Source of the DNA: Bacteriovoracia bacterium
Lineage (GTDB): Bacteria > Bdellovibrionota > UBA1018 > CAIPTA01
Assembly (NCBI GenBank): GCA_050246755.1
Contig: JBFWVL010000006.1
Span: 32,001-96,000, forward strand
DNA: 64,000 nucleotides
Direction of reading: 5' to 3'
The position numbers and the translations under genes were made by a program. This document shows, piece by piece, positions 1 through 7,891 of the stretch. The notes beneath the pieces are model-generated. The model was not told the DNA's origin and did not search any database. It saw only the letters and a program-made list of their open reading frames with translations. Every line of letters begins with the position of its first letter. Within the stretch, counting starts at the first letter, position 1.

Positions 1-1
1 A

Positions 2-235
2 TCAAACTTCCTTCACGCGAGAAACTTGAGCGAACGTCACGTCGTCAACGAGTTGAAATTTGACCTTCTTTTTATCCTTCAGCGATTTCCATTTTCTTCC
101 GGAATCAATGGCAGAATAGTGGACGTAATACGACTGGCCACTGTCAGCCTTAATCATCCCTTCACCGGATTTTTCATCGAACCAATGAACGGTCCCGAGC
201 TGCCAGGCTTGTGAAATGGTTTTTGAGCGTGCCAT
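2..235 (-). CDS. Cold-shock domain protein
   Basis: GTVHWFDEKSGEGMI...YYVHYSAI matches CSD RNP1/RNP2-like motifs; GGAGGA RBS upstream. Confidence 0.85.
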   Translation of the reverse strand: MARSKTISQAWQLGTVHWFDEKSGEGMIKADSGQSYYVHYSAIDSGRKWKSLKDKKKVKFQLVDDVTFAQVSRVKEV

Positions 236-526
236 GAACTTCCTCCGCTGAAGTCTCTTGTTGCGTCGTCGCTGCGGACTCCTAGCGGTCGCCGGAGCCG
301 CTGGCTACCTTGCCTGCGACGGTCAAAGAACTTTTCGGTCGTATTCGAAAAACCTAAAGAACGAAGCCCGTTTACACGGCGGAACTGGTCAAACGAAGGA
401 CTCCCCCGGAGGGCAAGGCCCAGCGGCAAAACAAAGCCCTATCCGGTGGCGGATATTTGCTGGACCAAGAAATGGGAAGACTATGACGGGAACCCGTTGG
501 AGCCCTCGACTGACGGCCAATGTGGG

Positions 527-1360
527 CTAGGCCCTGGAGACTCCCAGCTCTCGCCGGTACTTGAAGAACGTCCGTCGCTTCAGGCCGGTGGACTCCTCGA
601 AAATTCGAACCTGATCTTTGACGGCTAGGCCGCGCCGGGAAAGCTGGCGAACCAGTTTCTTCGGATCTTCAGGAGCGGCAACAACCATTCGCTCCAGCAA
701 ATCGCGCCACTGCTCCCCATTGTGCTGGGCCAGCTCGTACCCCATCTGCAAGGTTCGATAGCTGATTTGATGGACCGATGTGGCGCTGATCTTCTGACTG
801 AGGAATCGCGCAACTTCCGTGGCCTTCTGCGTGTCCGAGTACAGATCCTGGTTCTCGGCAGCTTTCTCCAGCAACGCCTTTGCGCCTGTCGGATCAATAT
901 TGATTCTATATGGGAAGCTCCGCGACTTCACCGCCTCGGCATCCGCTGTCGCGGGAAATGAGTTGCACACTATGACCAGCTTGCCCTCGAAGGTGAACTC
1001 TTCGGCGGACGCCTTGCCGCTGGTAGAGCCCCAGCGAATCTTGCGCTGCTTTCCCTGCCCCCATGTGGCGGCTTTCAGAATCGCCATTGAACTTTGGTCG
1101 CTGAACAGTCCCGCGCAGTCGTCGATAACGACGGTGTTGCGGGCATTGTCGTGCAGGAAATTGAAGAGATGCAGCGGTGTTGAGTACGATCCGAGATGCA
1201 CTCCGGTCACGCCCGCCGCTCGCAGAGCATCCTCGACAGCCGTAGTCTTGCCCCATCCGGGCGGCCCCTCGATAATCAGGGCGTGCATCCGCTCGCTGGC
1301 TCGGATCGTGAGGAGCAGCCGTTTGATGGCTTCAATGTGATTCAGCGACTCATTCTTCAT
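527..1360 (-). CDS. AAA+ ATPase with possible C-terminal HTH
   Basis: Walker A GPPGWGKTT, Walker B VVIDD, sensor-1-like VIVCN; C-terminal GLKRRTFFKYRRELG resembles an HTH recognition helix. Confidence 0.75.
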   Translation of the reverse strand: MKNESLNHIEAIKRLLLTIRASERMHALIIEGPPGWGKTTAVEDALRAAGVTGVHLGSYSTPLHLFNFLHDNARNTVVIDDCAGLFSDQSSMAILKAATWGQGKQRKIRWGSTSGKASAEEFTFEGKLVIVCNSFPATADAEAVKSRSFPYRINIDPTGAKALLEKAAENQDLYSDTQKATEVARFLSQKISATSVHQISYRTLQMGYELAQHNGEQWRDLLERMVVAAPEDPKKLVRQLSRRGLAVKDQVRIFEESTGLKRRTFFKYRRELGVSRA

Positions 1361-1391
1361 AAAGCCTCACACATAGGGGGGAAGCGCACGG

Positions 1392-1450
1392 AAAGTGCAA
1401 GATGCACTAGCCTGAGAGCAAAAGTCCACGAAAAAGTGCGCCTTGCACTT
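1392..1450. promoter_or_regulatory. Pair of palindromic operator-like sites upstream of the AAA+ gene
   Basis: GTGCA-AGA-TGCAC (1395-1407) and AAGTGC-GCCTT-GCACTT (1434-1450). Confidence 0.5.
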
Positions 1451-1458
1451 CCTGCGCA

Positions 1459-2847
1459 TTAGGCCCCGGTTCCTTGGCCGAGCTTCGCCGCCTTCGACTG
1501 ATTCAGCAGGTATTGCAGGTGTTGGGGCGTCACGCCGAGCCTGCGGGCCGCTTCGATCTTGCTGCCGGAGGCTTCGATGGTTTCCAGGATGTAGGACATT
1601 TTGGCCTTGGACTTCTGCTCTTCCCATTCGGAAAGCCTCATGCTTCCGGGGGAAAATGAATCTTGATCCGAATAGAGCGCCAGGTCCAAGTCTTCAGGAC
1701 GCACCAGGGGGCCTTCCGTTTGGACCAAATGCTTCTCAACGACCGCCGCCAGCTCACGGACATTGCCGGGCCAGGGGTACTTTTTTAACACGTCCACCGC
1801 TCGGCTCTGGAAATAGCGATTTGTCTGATACCGCTTGTTGTAAATTTCCGAGAAGAACGCCACAAGCGGCTCGATATCTTCTACGCGCTCACGCAGCGGC
1901 GGGATCTCAATTTCCGCCACCTTGATCCGGTACATGAGGTCTTCGCGGAAGAGCCCATGTTTCATGAGGTCGTCGATCTTTTTGTGGCTTGCGCAAACGA
2001 TTCGCACGTCGATTTTCCGTGAGAGCCTTGCTCCAATCGGCTCGACCGTTCTTTCTTGCAGGACGCGCAGGAGCTTTGCCTGAAGATCCAAGGAAAGATC
2101 CCCGATCTCATCAAGAAAAATAGTCCCTTTGTCGGCCTGAATGAACTTGCCATCCTGATCCGCGATGGCTCCGGTGAACGAACCCTTTTTGTGTCCGAAC
2201 AAGGTGGATTCAAGCAGCTCCTTAGCGATGGCCGCACAGTTGATGGCAACGAACGGCCCTTTTGCGCGTGGTGAAAGATCGTGGAGAGCGCGGGCGACAA
2301 GCTCTTTTCCGGTGCCGGACTCGCCGTGAATGAGCACGGAAACGTCGCGGGCCTCCGCGATTTTTTTGGTCTTGATAGCGACTTCCGCCATGACCTGGGA
2401 CTGCCCCTCCATCTTGACGGCCGCCAAGTGGCGGCGATTCTCGTTCTTATTCGTCGTTGGGCGGATGGTTTTCAGCAACTCGTCATACCTGTTGCAGTAC
2501 ATCCGCACTTTGCTCAAAAGATCCTGCGGCTCCGAGCTTTTTTCGATGAACTCCACGGCTCCGGCCTGGTAGCTCAGTTTCAAAGCGTCACGGCTGTAAT
2601 CGGCAGAGTACATGGCGACTTGCTGAACTGGATTGATCTCACGAATCAGCTTCGCCACAAAATCGCCAGAGGACTGCGGCATCTGAAAATCCAGCAACAC
2701 GAGGGCAAATTCCTCTTTTTTGACCAGCATCAGCGCCTCATCGGAGGTTTGGGCCGTGCTGACCTCGTAGCCGTTGATTTCCAAATAGCCCTTAGTGGCT
2801 TTGATGTTCTTCAGGTCGTCATCGACCATGAGGATCTTATACGGCAT
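1459..2847 (-). CDS. Sigma54-dependent NtrC/AtoC-type response regulator (REC-AAA-Fis HTH)
   Basis: REC ILMVDDD...LLDFQMP; GESGTGKE; GSFTGA (GAFTGA variant); FLDEIG; WPGNVREL; AARRLGV HTH. Start moved to ATG 2847, which has an AAGGAG RBS. Confidence 0.95.
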   Translation of the reverse strand: MPYKILMVDDDLKNIKATKGYLEINGYEVSTAQTSDEALMLVKKEEFALVLLDFQMPQSSGDFVAKLIREINPVQQVAMYSADYSRDALKLSYQAGAVEFIEKSSEPQDLLSKVRMYCNRYDELLKTIRPTTNKNENRRHLAAVKMEGQSQVMAEVAIKTKKIAEARDVSVLIHGESGTGKELVARALHDLSPRAKGPFVAINCAAIAKELLESTLFGHKKGSFTGAIADQDGKFIQADKGTIFLDEIGDLSLDLQAKLLRVLQERTVEPIGARLSRKIDVRIVCASHKKIDDLMKHGLFREDLMYRIKVAEIEIPPLRERVEDIEPLVAFFSEIYNKRYQTNRYFQSRAVDVLKKYPWPGNVRELAAVVEKHLVQTEGPLVRPEDLDLALYSDQDSFSPGSMRLSEWEEQKSKAKMSYILETIEASGSKIEAARRLGVTPQHLQYLLNQSKAAKLGQGTGA

Positions 2848-4234
2848 GAGTGCTGCTCCTTTCCGTTCCCTCGGAGGGAACTGATACCGTGATCGTGGTC
2901 CCTTGACCCTGTCGGCTTTCGACATGGACCGAGCCATTTCTCTGCTCGCAGATATGCTTAACGATAAAGAGGCCAAGCCCTGTGCCGGTGGCGGGTTTGG
3001 ACGTGAAATCCGGCTCGAAAATCCGATCATACAAATGCGCCGGGATGCCGCACCCCCGGTCGGCAACTGAGAGAACGGAGGATTCCCCCTGTTTTTCGAC
3101 CTTGACGGAAATCTCCGCGCCCGTGTTTGAGGCATCCGCCGCATTTTCGACAAGGTTCTGAAGAATGCGAGCCACTTCCGAACGAGAAAGCGGAGCCAGG
3201 ACACCGGCCGCGGCTGATATATTCAACCGGATATTTTTGTTCTTGATGGATTCATTTTTCTGAAGAGACTCAATCTCCAGTCGAGCGGCATCGGAAAGAT
3301 CCAGGAGATTTTCTCTCTGATCGTTCTCGTTGAGAGTTTTCACCTGGGAGGCAATCATGGAAACTTTGCGAAGTGAGGTCTTAATTTCGTTAAGCGTGTC
3401 ACTGGCCGAGGGATCGACTTTCATCTGCTGATCCAGCGTCGCAAGATATAGTTGAACCTGAGAAACGGGGCTCAATAAGTCGTGCGCGATCCCGCGAAGT
3501 ACCAGCATCTTGGCCTTCTCGCTGGCCTGGCTTTCATAGCGTTCAATCTGGGCGGTCAGCCCCTCTATGGCATCTCGGAGCGGCGCAAGCTCTAAAAAAG
3601 GAGCCAGTGAAAGAGGGCTTTGGCTTTTGGGATTGATCCGCAGCCGCTTCGCCCATTCTTCGACTTCGGAAGCGAGCTTTTTTGACGAGACGCGGGCAAC
3701 GCTTCCGAGGCCAAGCAACATGGCCGCATAGCCAAAAGAGAAAATGAAGAAAACGATGACGACAAAGAGCCAGTCAATTTGCACCGATTTTGAAAGATAG
3801 AGGTAGCCGAAGAGGTTTTCCTTCTTCTCGTCAAAATAGATCGGGAAGAAAATTCGCCCAGGGCCGGTATAGCCATCGAAGCAAGTGAATCCCACGGTGC
3901 CACATGGACGAATAGTGTTTGGTATGATCGAGGTGGAGCGGTAAATATGCTGACGGTCTTGATTGAGAATCAAAGCGTCTTCGCCTTCCCCCAATCCGAG
4001 AACATTGTGGATTTGGTTTTCCACCGCCTTGATGTCACCTTCCAAGATCCGCGAGCGAAAGGCTTCAGCGGCAGCAGTGGCCGATTTCTGAAGATCGGTC
4101 GCCATTTTGTAGCGAGACAGAAAGAACGTGGCCGTCACGGAAATCAGAGCCATCGCTGTAAACCCGATAACGGATTGACGGAGGATGCTCCTTTCCAGGT
4201 AAGACTTGATCGTGGTGACGGCCCTTTTCTTCAC
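2837..4234 (-). CDS. Membrane sensor histidine kinase with periplasmic domain
   Basis: Two hydrophobic segments flanking a soluble domain; H-box IAHDLLSP; N-box NLVENA; DRGCG; F-box FEPDFTSK; GTGLGL. Confidence 0.95.
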   Translation of the reverse strand: MKKRAVTTIKSYLERSILRQSVIGFTAMALISVTATFFLSRYKMATDLQKSATAAAEAFRSRILEGDIKAVENQIHNVLGLGEGEDALILNQDRQHIYRSTSIIPNTIRPCGTVGFTCFDGYTGPGRIFFPIYFDEKKENLFGYLYLSKSVQIDWLFVVIVFFIFSFGYAAMLLGLGSVARVSSKKLASEVEEWAKRLRINPKSQSPLSLAPFLELAPLRDAIEGLTAQIERYESQASEKAKMLVLRGIAHDLLSPVSQVQLYLATLDQQMKVDPSASDTLNEIKTSLRKVSMIASQVKTLNENDQRENLLDLSDAARLEIESLQKNESIKNKNIRLNISAAAGVLAPLSRSEVARILQNLVENAADASNTGAEISVKVEKQGESSVLSVADRGCGIPAHLYDRIFEPDFTSKPATGTGLGLFIVKHICEQRNGSVHVESRQGQGTTITVSVPSEGTERSSTHAV

Positions 4235-5721
4235 TTGAACCTGACTTTCGAGAAGGCAACGGTTTCATCCGTCGTCGGCACTTGGGAAAGATCAATTCCT
4301 TCCTTAGCGATGACGATGGTCGAGTAGTGGAAAATCGGTAGCAAAGATCCTTCTCGGGTGGCTTCCGTGAAGATGCGGCGATACTCTAGGTTTCGTCCCA
4401 GGTGATCGGGGTTCAAACGGGCTTTCTTAACTCTAGCCTGGAAGTCTTTCGATCCCTCGCCCGCGTTGGGAATGATCGGTGGGGTTAGGCCGAAGAAGAA
4501 ACCCATCGCGCCTTCCACGTTCGGATCATTGACCGGCAGTGAACCAGCGACGAGATCATAGTTTCCTGCGGCTCGGGTCTTCTCAAAATCTGCAAGTGAA
4601 ACGAGCTTAAACGTGGGCTCAATGCCGGTCAGCTCCTTGAGCGTGCTGCGGATATTCCGTTGAAGGATCTCACTCATTCGGGACTCGGCGGCGAGGATTT
4701 CCAGCGGCTTCTTGCGAAAGCCTTCCGGCAACTTTGCCTCCGATCCCGCTTTTTGAAACTCGGGATCGAAAAGGATATACCCTTGCGGGAAAAACTGTTC
4801 TGTCGAATTGAAGCCAGCGAGCCCTTTGGTGATCGCGGAGCGGTCGAGGCGCTGGTTCAGATATTGGAACAGCAATCGGCCATTTTCGTTGGTCAGCCGA
4901 GGGCCAGGCGCAAAGAAGAATACTTTGTCCAGATTGCGGTGCCAGACTTCATACTTTGCTTTCTTAAATCTCTCGCTCGTTTCCACGGGAAGCAATGAAG
5001 ACGACCCCAGGAGGTTCGCCCAAGAATCTTTAAGAAAAGATTCTTGGATTTCCTCTCCGGCGGGTGGGCGGCGGATATGCACGGACTTCGGCATATTGGG
5101 CTGCGTGAAGATCCAGAACTTATTCAGCGATAGTTCGATCTCCGCGTTGGAAACGGATTTTAAGGCGAAGGGGCCGGTGGTTGTTGCCAGATCCAGCGAG
5201 TCGCCCTCTTTCACTCGAACGATACCGTACATCGGTTCCGTGAGCTTCTTCACGACTCCGCTTGTGGCCGCCGCGACATTCAACTTGAACACCAGCGTCT
5301 TGGCGTCCTTCGCTTCAATCGCGGTTACATAGTCGTAGAGGGTCTTCAGGGAATCGCCGTGGACTCGTTTGGCGCGGAGCAGGCTTTTTACAGCCTGCTC
5401 CGCCGTGACTGCGCTTCCGTCGGACCATTTGGAAGCCGCTCCGATCTTGAACGTGATCTCTTTTTCTCCGGTAACGCTCCATGATTCGGCAAGGCCGGAG
5501 ACAAGCTCTCTCGTCTTGCTCCAGCCGACAAGTGTTGAGCCGAGGGCGTAAGATAAATCGAGATCCACCAAGGTTCGCACGTTCGCGGGATCAACCGGGA
5601 GTGTGAACGGCATATAGGTTTTTACGGTGTTCTGGTTCTCTTTTGACATGACATTCTCCCCCGGCAAGATACCGGCTACAACCAACAAGAGCGAAATGCA
5701 GAGAGGCTTCCAGGCTTTCAT
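4231..5721 (-). CDS. Family-5 (OppA/DppA-like) solute-binding protein with no adjacent permease
   Basis: Signal peptide; GLAESWSV...KWSDGSAVTAE, TTGPF and LPIFHY motifs typical of SBP_bac_5. Confidence 0.85.
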   Translation of the reverse strand: MKAWKPLCISLLLVVAGILPGENVMSKENQNTVKTYMPFTLPVDPANVRTLVDLDLSYALGSTLVGWSKTRELVSGLAESWSVTGEKEITFKIGAASKWSDGSAVTAEQAVKSLLRAKRVHGDSLKTLYDYVTAIEAKDAKTLVFKLNVAAATSGVVKKLTEPMYGIVRVKEGDSLDLATTTGPFALKSVSNAEIELSLNKFWIFTQPNMPKSVHIRRPPAGEEIQESFLKDSWANLLGSSSLLPVETSERFKKAKYEVWHRNLDKVFFFAPGPRLTNENGRLLFQYLNQRLDRSAITKGLAGFNSTEQFFPQGYILFDPEFQKAGSEAKLPEGFRKKPLEILAAESRMSEILQRNIRSTLKELTGIEPTFKLVSLADFEKTRAAGNYDLVAGSLPVNDPNVEGAMGFFFGLTPPIIPNAGEGSKDFQARVKKARLNPDHLGRNLEYRRIFTEATREGSLLPIFHYSTIVIAKEGIDLSQVPTTDETVAFSKVRFK

Positions 5722-6024
5722 TTAGAAGGGAGCCGTCCAGCAACTCGGTTCGCTTACGGTTTCCAGTCCAGCGGAGTTTCTTCCCCGGAGAACCAGATTT
5801 CCATTTTCATCCACGCCAAGAATAACCGATTCCCAGTCGATACGCACGGTCCTCTCTAAGTCGCGGATCAATTGTTCGTAGCGAGCGCGCTCATCCGTGG
5901 AAAGTCGTTCCAAGGGAGTGAACTTCCCGTTCGGAATGATCGGGACTTGCGCTTTGGCCGCATGGCCCATCCCCAGCAAAGCAGCGGCGACCAAGAGCCC
6001 CAACTTAGGTTTTGCGTTCTTCAT
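5722..6024 (-). CDS. Secreted 100-aa peptide, candidate YcaO substrate or signal precursor
   Basis: AAAGGGGG RBS before ATG 6024; Sec signal MKNAKPKLGLLVAAALLGMGHAAKA; C-terminus SEPSCWTAPF; stop directly abuts the next ATG. Confidence 0.8.
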   Translation of the reverse strand: MKNAKPKLGLLVAAALLGMGHAAKAQVPIIPNGKFTPLERLSTDERARYEQLIRDLERTVRIDWESVILGVDENGNLVLRGRNSAGLETVSEPSCWTAPF

Positions 6025-6038
6025 ATACTTTCCCCCTT

Positions 6039-7067
6039 TCAGGAAACGATATGCGGTTGAGTATTTAGAGTCCGTTCCTTCATGGAGACAGAAAAATTCC
6101 TCTTCTCTGCCTGTTTCAAAACTTTTTGAATGTCGGTGCTTCCCCATGCCAGTTCAAAAGCTCTTTCGTGAGTGGCAAATCCAGCGATGACCGGATGCTC
6201 CAGGGCTTGGTGAAACTTGAAATCGGACGCTTCCGACCGGAGAAGGTCGAGTCGTTCGTTCCAGGATTGCTCTGCTTCAAGCCAGGATGTTGCTGGGCCA
6301 AACATCCATGCGGGAAATGGCTCATGATGGGCGTAGTAAACCGCGTGAGCACCCGGCTGCACTCGAACTCTTTCTTCACGCCGAAGAAGGATTTGCGAGT
6401 CATTCCAAAATGAGCGGCGCAGGGCATGGTGGGCGGCCCGGCAGGTTTCGGCGATGGCGGATTCGATGCTGTCCTGCAATTCCGTCTTCGTCGAGTGGCC
6501 GGATACTCCGTAACCGGCGGCATTCAGAAAGAGACAAGTCACCGAGGGGCCAAGACCCTCGGTGGAAATCAGGAGCTTCATTTCGGGAAACTCGGACTGC
6601 GACAACTCGTTCCGCACCCAATGCAAGATGGACTGCGGCCATTCGCTCGGTGTGATTTCGAGAAACGGAACCGACAGATACCATTGAGCAAGAACGGCGT
6701 CGCGTTCCACCAGCTCAAGAATCGCTCCGGTTCTTGCTTGCGGAAGGGTTTCGTGCGCCGCCCAGCCATTGCTCGTTCCTAGATTTTCGTGGTTGAGTCC
6801 CTTGTGCCAGCGCATCAGGCTCGCACGTTCGATCAACTCCATGATCGCTTTCGTCATGGCAAGATCCTCTGTCTTGGCCTCTCCGCAAGCCCGAACCTCC
6901 ATGCCATCCAGGGAGGCTTCGATATTGATGATGAACTTGGAGAATCGGAAGCCTGCTGGCCGAGTGCCGCGAGAAACGCGCACGTCTCTAAACCCGAATG
7001 GAAGCGACTCCCACCAGGGAGCGGAGGCACCGCTTTGAGAATCTGGAATGGCGTTATCTAATCGCAT
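6039..7067 (-). CDS. YcaO-family protein (stand-alone, ~342 aa)
   Basis: CGEAKTEDLAMTKAIMELIER and TSNGWAAH...AILELVERDA match YcaO ATP-binding motifs; SAIAE motif; start placed at ATG 7067, downstream of the sigma54 promoter. Confidence 0.85.
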   Translation of the reverse strand: MRLDNAIPDSQSGASAPWWESLPFGFRDVRVSRGTRPAGFRFSKFIINIEASLDGMEVRACGEAKTEDLAMTKAIMELIERASLMRWHKGLNHENLGTSNGWAAHETLPQARTGAILELVERDAVLAQWYLSVPFLEITPSEWPQSILHWVRNELSQSEFPEMKLLISTEGLGPSVTCLFLNAAGYGVSGHSTKTELQDSIESAIAETCRAAHHALRRSFWNDSQILLRREERVRVQPGAHAVYYAHHEPFPAWMFGPATSWLEAEQSWNERLDLLRSEASDFKFHQALEHPVIAGFATHERAFELAWGSTDIQKVLKQAEKRNFSVSMKERTLNTQPHIVS

Positions 7068-7127
7068 GAAATACCAAGCCTTCTTGTTGATAGACCGCCT
7101 TGTTTCAGGCGCTCGGGTTTCCCTATG

Positions 7128-7144
7128 AGCAAGGACGGGGCCAA
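7128..7144 (-). promoter_or_regulatory. Sigma54 (-24/-12) promoter of the YcaO-peptide-SBP-HK-RR operon
   Basis: Minus strand TTGGCCCCGTCCTTGCT = GG-N10-GC, ~60 bp upstream of the ycaO start. Confidence 0.75.
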
Positions 7145-7227
7145 GTCGTAAAAGTGCTGAAAACCTGGGTTTTACGGCGAAATCCTGCATTTTTGTTGAT
7201 CTGCGGGTGCAGTTGGTGGTGCGGAAA

Positions 7228-7515
7228 TTCAGGATTTCTGAATCGGCCTGTGCGATGCGCGGTCGCCTGTAAACAATAACTGCGTGATATGTTTTACGTT
7301 TTCCACACGAAAGGCCCTGGTGCCACAAATTCAGGAACTCTGAATCGACATATAATTTTTATAGGCCGAGTGTCCGCGAGCGCACATGAGGCTGTTGTTT
7401 CGATGACAAATTCAGGATTTCTGAAGGGCTTCAGGTTTCCTGAATGTCATCGCAAGCCGTTGATTTCAAACTCGTAGTTTATTGTTTATCCAATCCGCTA
7501 TTCAGATTTTCTGAA
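7228..7515. promoter_or_regulatory. Five TTCAG-N5-CTGAA palindromes (candidate enhancer/UAS sites)
   Basis: Copies at 7228-7242, 7330-7344, 7411-7425, 7430-7444 and 7501-7515. Confidence 0.8.
7453..7465 (+). promoter_or_regulatory. IHF-consensus site
   Basis: CAAGCCGTTGATT matches YAANNNNTTGATW (reverse of WATCAANNNNTTR). Confidence 0.55.
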
Positions 7516-7595
7516 CTGAATCGGCGCTTTTCGAGAGCGCGAAAAATCCGATTTGTCTTTTTGCTTCTGAGACTTAGGTCACTTCAGCATTTTTC

Positions 7596-7610
7596 TGGCA
7601 TCGCCTTGCA
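7596..7610 (+). promoter_or_regulatory. Sigma54-like promoter of the tra operon, spacer one base short
   Basis: TGGCATCGCCTTGCA has good TGGCA and TTGCA boxes but GG-N9-GC spacing. Confidence 0.4.
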
Positions 7611-7666
7611 CTTTTAGAAGGTGAAAGGCCGCTCATTCCAGCGGGCCTGTTGGAAAGGAAAACGAA

Positions 7667-7891
7667 ATGTCCAAGTCCTATCTCACCCAATGCCCTCGCT
7701 GCGGCACTCGAAGCTACGAACAGCTTCACACCCATGGTCACTGCATCGAATGCCTCTACTCAAACGACCTCGCTCCACAGAGCGACAAGCGCGACTTCCT
7801 CACTCTGCGGGAAGCTGAGGCGCTGATCGAGCCGTCCGAGATTCATCAAATGCGAAGAGATCAAAAAAAGATTTCGGGAGCGGCGTCGTGA
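7667..7891 (+). CDS. Small zinc-ribbon-like protein
   Basis: CPRC...HCIEC; AAAGGA RBS. Confidence 0.7.
   Translation: MSKSYLTQCPRCGTRSYEQLHTHGHCIECLYSNDLAPQSDKRDFLTLREAEALIEPSEIHQMRRDQKKISGAAS

Noticed and set aside
2848-3204. 119-aa N-terminal extension of the response regulator in the ORF track
   Set aside because: It overlaps the kinase HATPase coding region; the REC domain starts at ATG 2847, which has a good RBS.
6025-6147. 41-aa extension of the peptide ORF
   Set aside because: It overlaps the ycaO 3' end; the RBS and signal peptide point to ATG 6024.
7068-7328. N-terminal extension of the YcaO ORF
   Set aside because: It runs through the sigma54 promoter and a palindromic site, so it is more likely non-coding.
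7228-7515. Repeated palindromes as a possible CRISPR array or iterons
   Set aside because: Repeats are only 15 bp with variable centres and irregular spacing (102, 81, 19, 71 bp), and there are no cas genes.
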